The notes beneath the pieces are model-generated. The model did no database searches and had not been told where the DNA came from. It saw only the letters and a list, made by a program, of their open reading frames with translations. Of a stretch of DNA of 64,000 nt, positions 54,281 to 64,000 are shown in pieces. The position numbers and the translations under genes were made by a program. Each line of letters opens with the position of its first letter. The first letter of the stretch is position 1. The stretch is taken from NCBI GenBank assembly GCA_036867785.1, contig CP145411.1:1240001-1304000 (forward strand), read 5' to 3'. Source of the DNA: Plasmodiophora brassicae. Lineage: Eukaryota.

Positions 54281-56994
54281 TAGGGGTCGGCGCGGTTTGG
54301 TTTCGAACCAGAAACCGTGAACCAAACCGAAACTGCGCGGTTTTGGTTCCAGGTAGACCCAATTGGTTTAGTTTGGTTTGGTTTAGTTCGAGGTCAGCCC
54401 AAACCGGTTCAAACCGGTTTGGTTCCGGTGGAACCGGTTTGAACCGTGGTTCGCACTGGGTGGCTGTATATATGACAGATGCGCTAGTAATACAGGAATC
54501 CCGAACCGCGAGCGCGCTGTACGCACGGTAGCCCGTAGGCCGTAGCCTCAGCCGCACCGCCGCACGCCCTCTCTGTATCGCGCTCGGAGAGTTTCGAAGT
54601 GTAGGAGGCTCTGTTCTCGACTCTGTCATGCCTGGTCATCGCCTAGATGGAGAAAGCATCAGCGTCCACGATTCATCGTCATCGTCCGAGACTCGGGTCG
54701 AGTTTGTTCCCCCCAGCATTCGCTCTGAGACCGCCCTGACCGTTTCTTCCGCTGCTCGTGGCAGCTCCGAAGCAATCCAAAGCGCCACCGTCGTCGCTGC
54801 AGTTGTCGAATCCGGCACCGTCGTTCAATCGCGGAAGCGCCGTCGCTCGTTTCCACAGGAGAAATGGCACCAATGCCATTGGTTTGAATCGGATGATGGG
54901 ACGAGGCGCCAATGCAAGCATTGTGGACTGACTTGGTCCATGTCTTCGTCCACTGGTACGATTTTGAAACATCTGAAGCAGAAGCACGGTATCACCGAGG
55001 GTCATGTCAAGACCACTTCTCGTCAGACGCTGATCACTTCGACAACCTTGCCGTCGCATCGTGTGGCGATAAACGATGCTGCTGTCGTCATGTATGTCGT
55101 CCGTCGTGGTGACGTTCATACACTCTCTGAAGAGGACTCCTTCCGCGAGTATTCTCGCACGCTGTGCCCCGGTTTCGAACCGAAATCCGCTCGCACGATC
55201 AAACGAGGGATCCTCAAACTATATTTCATCCTCCGTTCCATGCTAATGGAGTACTTCGCTACCGTTCCTTCGAAGGTCAGCACGACTTTCGATGGCTGGT
55301 CGAATCCGAAATTGCAGGGATTGTACCCTGTTACATTGCATTGGATAGACACTTCTGTTGGTCTTCTTCTGACTTGCCTACTCGACTTTACTTACATCGA
55401 TCCGGGGAAAGGTGCAGGGAAACGGATTGGCACCGCGATATGTGAACGACTCTCGGATTTCCAGATCGACGATAAGATTTTGGCGGTTGTCAACGATAAC
55501 GGCTCAGATGCCATCGCTGCTGCAGAATATGTGTCGTCGACGATGACAGCATCTGGCCATCGAATCGTCGAACCGAGAAATCTCCTCCGGTGCGCGATGC
55601 ACACCCTGCAGCTTGGCATCAAATCTGCCGTCGATGTTGTCGAACCCGCCTTGACGCGCCTTCGTGGCCTTCTGTCGACCGTACGCGTCAGTAAGGTCAG
55701 GCGTGCTGTATTCCGATCCGTGTGCAAGGGGTTGCTCGACAAGGAATTTGAACCACCTTGCACAGATTGCCGCACCCGCTTCAACTCCACACATATCATG
55801 ATCAAGCAGTGCATTGCGCTGCAGCCTGCTCTCGATATGATTGCTAAGCATGCTCAGTGCAAAGCGGACCTTGCCGATTATCGTCTGACCGATGACGATT
55901 GGCTGCACTTGCACCATGTAACTTCGTTTCTAGAATTGCCAGCGAGGCTTACCACCTTTCTCGGCGGAGACTCGTACCCAACACTGTCTGTGGCTGTCCG
56001 GGCTAATGAAAAGATGATCTCTCACTGCCGACAGTTCCTCGAAACGTGTGAACGCGACAACGTGATGCGCGACGCGATACCGAGCATTCTCGACTACCAT
56101 CGGAAGTATGAGCCGCATCTGAATTCGGACGCTGCGCTTGTGTCCATGTTCCTCGACCCCCGCAATGCGAAGACTGAAGGGCCTTTACTCACCAAGACAA
56201 AAACTCTGATCGTCAAACTGGACCTGCTGACGTACAGCGCTCTATCTGACGCTGAAGAGGAACCGCCTGCTGAAGCTGACACGGATGACGACTTATGGAA
56301 TGATGGCGGCTATAGTGCCGAAGCGTACGTAGCCTATTAATTTCGGTACTTCTTGGTGTCACTGACATTCCATGTTTAGAACTTCGTTGGAAGGGATTGA
56401 CAAGGAACTGTCGTTATTCGTAGCGACAGTGAATGAGAATATGCAGCCACGTCAAGCGGACGTCATCAGCTGGTGGCACAGCAACCGGAAGAAGTATAGG
56501 CGATTGTATGCCATGGCAATGGACTATCTTGCCATTCCGGCAACGTTCATTCCTTCTGAGCGCGCCAACAGCGCAGCCGGACGCGCTTACGATGGACGCG
56601 AGTCACTGGCGAGTCCGATGTTCAAAGCAGAAATGTGTTGCCGGTCGTGGCTGGACCTCTTCCGAAAGCTCAAGGTTGCGGTTCCTGACGACCTGAACGC
56701 AGCGTTTCGTGCGAGGATGGATAAGCTGGATGCCGATCAGCAACGCGACCTCGCCGACAATGATGATGTCATCGACCTTCTTCTGAAGGAGTTGGAGTAG
56801 GAGCCTCTATACGCCACACATTGTCGTGACTCACATAAACCACGGTTTCCACGGTTTGTTGGTTTGGTTTCGGTTCCGGAGGTCTGGTGTAGTTTGGTTC
56901 CGGTTTGTAGCCCCTACATATAGTTTGGTTTGGTTTAGTTCGGTTCGGCCCTCAAAAAACCAAACCAAACCAAACCAAACCGCGCCGACCCCTA
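54281..56994 (+). mobile_element. hAT transposon, apparently intact
   Basis: TIR TAGGGGTCGGCGCGGTTTGGTTT / AAACCAAACCGCGCCGACCCCTA, subterminal GGTTT/AAACC arrays, CGGCCA on both flanks. Confidence 0.92.
54628..56800 (+). CDS. hAT transposase, 2 exons (54628-56324, 56380-56800), about 705 aa
   Basis: BED finger (CKHC..HLKQKH), FDGW, NDNG, CAMH, TRFNST, FLDPR, and dimerisation domain WWHSN..YLAIPAT..SERANS. GT-AG intron 56325-56379 joins the two ORFs in frame. Confidence 0.9.
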
Positions 56995-57939
56995 CGGCCA
57001 ACCACCACTCAGTTACGCACTTTTGAGACTTCTGCGCGCATGTGAACCGTACGTGCAGATGCCGTATGTTGACAGCCGGGTCGGGTTCCTCTGTAGCCAA
57101 AGGCGCATGAACTGCAGCATTAGTAGAGTATATATGTGGTCCCTGGCTGCGACTTTCTCGTAGTTCCTACGTGACAATATTGTGTTGTCTGACAGGCATT
57201 AGGCATATGTCCACCCGGGAATGAAGGTTTTATCCGTTGAATGACGTCATTGCGCACACCTATACGTTTAGGTCTGCCTGAGAGTTGGGCCGACGAATGC
57301 AGCTTAAATATGCATTCCGGTTACACCGTTTTGAGGCACGTGCAATACTGACAACTGGAAAACCTTAGAAGTACTAGTTTCAAGAATGTGTCACCGGTTT
57401 TCTCAGCTACCTTGACGCGCCCCGTATGCTCTAATTGGGAATCGGCTACTTCTACTGGCGATGCACAACTTCTGACGTACAGCGGAAGCTGTGGAGGTGT
57501 CGGTTCCTGCCGTACAGCTCGTATGATCGGAGTCATTGTTGTACCGGTAAAGGTTCCGCCGTAAGGCGCATTTGTTTTGACGACGTCGACTACGCAAGCT
57601 CAATTCAAATTAGCGGATGCGCACGGCGGGACGTTCTCCCATATCGTACAACGAGATGGGAACCGATATCTCACTCTGTCAAGGGGGTTTGTAGTTTATG
57701 AGAAACGTCAATATTCCATCCGCCAATGCACATGATTGTCTCAGCAAGGCGAAATTTGAGCAGAAAACCGGAATTACCGCAGCTCCCAGCGTATTTTACG
57801 GTAGGTCACTGGGGCAGCGCCCCTTCGGCCTGACTTCGGACTGGTCGGGCTGGCCATGGCCTACTGGTGCCGCAATCGCCTGAACGCCGAGCTCGCTCTC
57901 GCTGGAAGACGACGATGACGTGTCCATGACGACCACTAT

Positions 57940-58549
57940 TGCAGCTCAGAGTGAAGTTGAAAACTTTTTGGGGACCGTCCCAGAGGCCTTTCAAAGTTTG
58001 CCTGCCGGTCTATATTTGGAACCTCGTGACGAGGCTGCGCACCCATTTTGGTGGTGAACAGACTTTGACTCGCTGTCAGTATATGGTGTTTACTCATAAC
58101 TCTAATGTATTTCATGTATCCCAACTCGAGCCTTACGTCGCCAACCTTATCCCTGGTCGCACTCAACCTCCTCCACCGATTCTCCTCGCGGATGATGATA
58201 TTCCCCTCTACTCTCGATATCGCCATTCCCGATTGGAATACCTGATCGACTGGGAGGGGTACCCGCCTTCTGAACGCACGAACCCGCACGGGACCTCCAC
58301 GGTACAGGTGGACTGAACGAATTGTTGGCTAACTTCCAAGCTCGGTACCCCACCAAGCCGGGGCCGCAATGACGCAAGCCACCCCGCAGACCGGCCCGAT
58401 GAGAGGGGACTATACTGTTATGACACGGCCGCGATGGCGGCCGCCCAGCCGCGCAGTTTTGAATAAACGTCCAAGGCAACCGTCGGCTTCGGCAGACGGT
58501 TAATCCGTGTTGTGGAGACAATCGCCGTCCGTCGTGTCGTCTCCTGACA
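57940..58549 (+). mobile_element. 3' end of a gypsy chromovirus (chromodomain, PPT, LTR 58416-58549)
   Basis: FHVSQLEPY, LEYLIDWEGYPPSERT, AGGGGACTATAC, then an LTR similar to the reverse complement of 34703-34836. Confidence 0.85.
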
Positions 58550-59277
58550 GCGGGTGTATTCTCTCAGGAAAATAAAAGGCACTTATTTGGCTGTCCTATT
58601 TTCAAGGTTACGAGTTATAATAGGCCGCCGTGTGGACTTATTTGTAACTAGTTACTTCCTCTGTTTCACAAAAATACCGTCATTTGTGAAACATCGAAAG
58701 ATTAAGGTCATTCTTAGATATTAACTGTTTTGAAACATAAGCTCTGTACAGTGATTACCGTAATTAGTCTGTATCAGACTAATTAGGTGTTAGCGATTTT
58801 AGAGGCTCAACCCTTGATTAGTGTGTATAACACTAAATGCGAATTAACACTATATAGGTGCTGGCATGAATACTGTGATACACACTATTTATTTGCACAC
58901 GTAATTAGTGTGTATAGGCATACGCAGCGCCGCAGTGCGAGCCAGTCCCCACGGACGCCGCACGTGCTGGCCGCTGAGCCCGCAGGGACCCGGAAATGAT
59001 TGCACTCTGTTTGTTCACGTGAGATACGCGGATGGCTCCAGCGTCATCGTCACAAGCGTTGTCTGTCTTCTCTGCGTCACCTCTTGCTGCCGCGTTTGCT
59101 CGATCGCAGCTGCATCAGCAGCATCGGCAGCCGCATGATCAAGTGCCACGAGAACCGGAACAGCAGCAAGGCGACGGCGCCGAAGAGGAGGTTAGGATTG
59201 AAGATGATGATGCGAATGCCCGCAACGATTCGGCACGTAAGAGAAAACTGCAGCACGCCTGTCACAGGCAGCAGATT

Positions 59278-59700
59278 CGCTACATGCGCGCTACATTATT
59301 TTGGTATTTTGCAATGGTGCATCGGCGCTACATTCATGTAGCCGCCCGACAACAGAGGTGCTACATGCCTGTGTCACGTTTGTAGCGTGTTGGCTACATT
59401 TGTGCTACATTCGATGTAGCGTGTTTGTAGCCTTTTGGCCACAAACATGCTACATGAATGTAGCTCAAATGTAGCACCCCGGGCACGTGCATGCTACATT
59501 AATGTAGCTCAAATGTAGCCTTTCGGACGCATACACGCTACATTCAATGTATCTGAGATGTAGCCGATTGGACACATTTTAGCTACAACACTTGTAGTCT
59601 GGATGTAGCCGGAAGGCTACAGTTACGCTACATTAATGTAGCGTAAATGTAGCCGTTCGGTAACAGACCGGCTACATTAATGTAGCCCAGCTGTAGCCCT
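59278..59700. repeat. Dense array of GCTACA/TGTAGC motifs, often as short palindromes
   Basis: More than 20 copies in both orientations, e.g. GCTACATTAATGTAGC three times, GCTACATTCATGTAGC, GCTACATGAATGTAGC. Confidence 0.85.
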
Positions 59701-59786
59701 TCTAGTACCGTATTTCGTAGCGCATTCGAAGCACGAAACCCGTATCCATTGCGACGCATCGCACACCGCCGGAGCTTGAAACTGTA

Positions 59787-60540
59787 TTACCGATTCCTCA
59801 GCTCTTGCTTGGCGCGCTTTATATGACGAGCCGTCATCTTAACGAGGTCGGGGTGCACCCAGGTGTAATCCTCATCATCATCATCATCATCGCACAGCTC
59901 GTCCCAAAGGTTCGCGATGAACGTGAATTTCTTTGAATCTGGATTCTGCGCCACAATTGGGCCTTTTCGATTCTTCCGACGCACCTGAGATCCCTCTTGG
60001 TGATGGCGTATCCCCAGATCATCTCGGCGCCTCGCAATCTCAGTTTTGATCACTACGAGCAGTTGACACATTCAGAAACAGTGGTGTTTACATGGAAATA
60101 CACACTTACTAAGATTCGTATGATTATAGGAGTACTGGTCGACATCCTCTTCATTGAGATCATCGCGATGCCTCAGCCAGTCCTTCAAATCGTTGTGAAT
60201 TTTCATCGTGGTGGGCTTCTTCTGTCCGCCCATCGACAGCAAATACTCGTCACTGTAATAGCTATACAACCACGGTTTCGTCAGATTGTATAAGGTCATA
60301 TCAAACCATGCCTGACCTACGCGGCACACAGAGTTTTCATCTCGCTCCGCAGCGCGTTGCGCTGGGGCGTCATTGCTGCCCTGACATTCTCCTGTGACAG
60401 GTATTCCGCAATCGGCCCCTGTGGCAAGGGTTCTTTCCTCCTGCCCGAAAACGGATCACGAGTAGGGCCAGGACTGGGCGACGTTGACCGTTCAGTCTCT
60501 GAACGGGCTTCCCGTGAAGGTCTGTGTTCGAATGGCAACA
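59787..60540 (-). CDS. Hypothetical multi-exon gene divergent from the recombinase; start not resolved
   Basis: Protein-like segments in ORFs 60317-60538, 60072-60329 and 59787-60071, with a GTAAGT..AG intron-like gap near 60060-60109. Confidence 0.45.
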
Positions 60541-61045
60541 GTCAGATACCTGACAAGAGGGTCGACGACGTACTTGTACCTCGACGATGCTCGTCTTCGT
60601 CGCGCCATCTCGACCTACACCGCCCAATATCACTTCGAGTGGTTGTGGGCGCACGTCACGAATGAGCAGCCCGGATCGGACTGTGACTGGGTCGAGTTCA
60701 CTGCGTGGGGGTTTGCGCAGCCTTCATCATGCAGCACCCCTCTCCCGAGCCGGTCCCCTCTCCCGAGCCGGTCCCCTCTCCCGAGCCGGCCCCACTGAAT
60801 CTTGCAAAACGCCGCTCACTACGACTTCTCGTCACAAGGCTTCCGTATTCCACGATTTGAGCAGGAATAACAATAATTAATAGCCACAATCTTCTTTAAG
60901 AACCAACTTCTACGGCAAAAACAGCTGCATCCACCTGTGCATCCTCACTGCATCACCAATGGGAACCCCCTGCATCCCCATGAACTTGCGCCCACGGCTC
61001 CCCCGTACGGACTGCGATGCGGACACCCCTGTCAATTTCGAGGAG

Positions 61046-63410
61046 ATGGCTCGGCATCGTGCTCAGCGTCCGAGGCGCAACCGCCCACGCCTGGCTTCTG
61101 GTATGCTTTCGCGTCGCTCGTTTGAAACGTAGCAGCTTCTCAGAGCGTCTTACTGTAGCGTTTACGCTCACTGCTGCTCAAGAAGCTGTGGTTGCGCGAC
61201 GCGTTGCTGAAGAGATCGCGAAGCTCGAGCTGCAGGTCAACGAGGAAGACCGAAGAAAGGTCTTCGGTAACAGAGTGCTTGCTGAGAATTCAGAAGCGTC
61301 TTACTACGTTCACTATCGTGGTCTCAAGCACTTCTGTGCCCTGATCGGCGACTACAAGTCGCTGATCCTGCTCGGTGACTGCATTCCCAAGTACGCCCCA
61401 TCCATGTTAGCCCGCACGATTGTACGCTACATGGACTGGAAGACCGGCGAAGAAGGATCTGCACTGCTTGACGTTAATGGCGCCTCAGTTGTCGACGTTG
61501 ACGGTAACGCTGTCGTATGCGACGGGCAGTGGAAGAATCCGGGAACACTTGTCCAGTTTCTCGCCGCCGTTTCGAACGCACACAAGGCCGCGGGCATGGA
61601 CGGCGTTGCTTATGCCGAGCCATGCGACCAATGTGTCGATCTGTACGAAACGAGGGGTTCAGTCCGCGGCTGCCGCCATCATGCTGGACGGCCTGTGTTG
61701 AACCAGTGCGGAAACGTGAGGTTCAGTCAGGACGTTATGGACGCCTACGCCCGGTTGAGCAAGGTCGTCCTGCGTGGATACGTCCCCCACGGCGACTCGA
61801 TGGTGTCCCCAAAAGAACTCATGGACCTTAGGAACGTTCTGATGGGCACAGGCAGGATCAAAGACATTCGTCTATGGACGATGATTCTGTTCTCGGTTCG
61901 TCTGTTTCTTCGATCTGATGAAACAGTCAAGTGCAGAGTCGGCGATTTCGTCGAGCAGCTGACAGTTGTTGATGAAGGCGTCGTCAAGCAACTGGCGGTA
62001 ACCATTAAGGGCAAGCGGGATACCAACCCAGTAGTTCTTCTTATCCACCGAGACGACGACGTTCCTGAGTTCTGTCTCCTGCGACACTTGTTAGCGTGGG
62101 TCAGTTTGTCGAGAACCGGACCCAACCGATCGGTATACCTCTTTCCGCACGCCAAGAAGCCTGATAGCCCGTTCCCGAAGAGCACGTTTCTACGTAATGC
62201 TGGGAAGATTGTTGAAGCAGTGACCGAAAGAGATGGGCCGTGGGGGACTCACTGGATGCGGAAGACCGGTGGCCTGTTAGGGACCTGGGGCGGAGCGTCC
62301 GACATCGACCTCCAGCACGCGTTCCGTCATTCCTCGATGGCGATAACGTCACAGTACAAGGCGGACTCCTCAGCTCTGCTTGAGCATGCGAAGAATCAAC
62401 CGTATGCCAGCTCACTGCATTGAGGTTCAGTTTACTGATATCATTCCATTAGGGACGACGCCATGATTCGACTTGCACCGCGATGGCGTCCCATTTACGT
62501 GGAGAACCTGCAGATGTGCGTCAATATGAATGCGCGCCAAGTAGACGACGACCTGGTTAGCCTTGCAAGACGCTTCGTCGATGATTTGATCCAGCAGGGC
62601 TGTCTGCGAAGCAGAGACCGTCTAAGCGGCCGCCATCTCTGCGCGGGTATGTTGAAGAGCCGTGCAGCTGAGGATATCCAGCAGGAGGTCGACTGCTTGG
62701 TCTCCAAGTTCCGTGACGACGGCTATAGTCGCTCGATCGACCGGCTTCTGAGCCTGCTCGCTCGCAAGCACTCGACCCTTGAGGCAGCAGGCGCTCGTCT
62801 CGTCCCTGCGTTGTCAGAGGATGACGATGATGATCCTGACGTTGACGAGTCCGGATCCGATGATGACGAAGTCGTCGACGGCGTGGTTGTACCTGCCGGT
62901 CGACAAGTCCCAGTTGACGGTCGCAACGAGCCCAATCGTAGCGCCGTCCTGGATCCGCGCCCTGCAAAACGACGTCGCGTAGGCGGGGACGACAACAGCA
63001 GCAGGAGTGGAACTACCCAGACGGATGCATCAAGGCCACGAACAGGAGGTGGACGCGTCAGCAGCGCGTCATCTTCTAGGCGGACACAACGCGTGTTTGG
63101 CGAATTTGACGTCCCGGCGCGTCTCCAGCTGGCCGCTGATCGATCGCGTCCTGATTACGCCGGGACGAAAGCTACGTTGAACATTATTCGCGAGGTTGCG
63201 GAAGCAGCGAACGACGTTCCTTCCAACCAGTTCTCCAACGCGTTCCGCGTCTTCTATGGCCAGACTGTCAAGCCCGTGCTGGCGTGTCTCGGTGCACATT
63301 GCGGTGGCGACGAGGATGAGTTCATCCGTCGATGGGGCGCAAACTTTACCCCGGGAAGATTTTCGTCCAAGGCCTGTAACGGCGGCGTGTCGTGCAGGTT
63401 CGGCCAATAA
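61046..63410 (+). CDS. Tyrosine recombinase (Crypton-like), 3 exons (61046-61100, 61159-62401, 62453-63410), about 751 aa
   Basis: Catalytic residues in order: LFLRSDE (R), IKGKRD (K), THWMRKTG (HxxR), FRHSS (H), QYKAD (Y). Two GT-AG introns join in frame. Confidence 0.85.
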
Positions 63411-64000
63411 ACGGATGATGGCAAGGTCACTGCGACCGTGACGCTACTGGGTGCCAGACCGACTGGATACTGTCTCGACTGTGACTCACGCCAAAAATAG
63501 CTGCATCACACTGCATCCCGTGCCCCGACGCCGTCTATCTAGTAAGTATCTGCTTACCCTAACGTACCCACGTCAGATTCTATTTCGTATTACATTTGTA
63601 CATAACGGTCTCGACGTTTACGCCTGCGGTCCGCCGCTGGGTGTACGCGCCAGAGTTGTCGGCTTCCTCGGACTTGTCACTTGCCGCAACCTGTGTCGCC
63701 TCGCTGCACCGACATGCTTCTGACCCCACGTGTTCTTCGTGCCAGGAAGGCTGCACGAACGGATGCGGCCAGTTCGATTCCACCATCGGACAGCACTAGT
63801 CCATCGTCTCCAGTGCCCATCGTCGACACTCCTGTCGTCAATCATTCGCCCGAGGATTCCGATTCATCTGTTTCCGATTCGTCGTATGACTCCGACCATG
63901 CATCAGCGGGTGTCGCCAAGATGCATGCTACCTATGATGCTGAATCGAACATATCCAATGTCGATTTTGATGTCGGGGAAGCCCTTCCGCCCGATGCTGA

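Overview
Eukaryotic, GC-rich genomic DNA with short GT-AG introns (mostly about 50-65 nt); the style suggests a protist such as a plasmodiophorid (inference, not established). Bases 1 to ~17.8 kb are a compact housekeeping block: soluble adenylate cyclase 5' end, a large coiled-coil protein, SNF1/AMPK alpha kinase, a mitochondrial carrier, AAR2, Sec1/Munc18 and a TPR-GT41 glycosyltransferase. From ~18.3 kb onward the window is a deeply nested transposon cluster whose insertion order can be read from target-site duplications (TSDs). It includes a disrupted SDR gene, PIF/Harbinger-like, mariner, Tc1/IS630, hAT and CACTA-like elements, Ty3/gypsy and Ty1/copia retroelements, solo LTRs, and an intron-containing tyrosine recombinase (Crypton-like). 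The most striking element is a 375-bp TRIM (42159-42533) whose two 127-bp LTRs each carry a complete tRNA-like Pol III gene with a terminator, comparable to Cassandra elements but with a tRNA instead of 5S. It shares an unusual primer site, complementary to a tRNA-Asn anticodon arm, with a neighbouring intact copia. All coordinates and alignments were read by eye.
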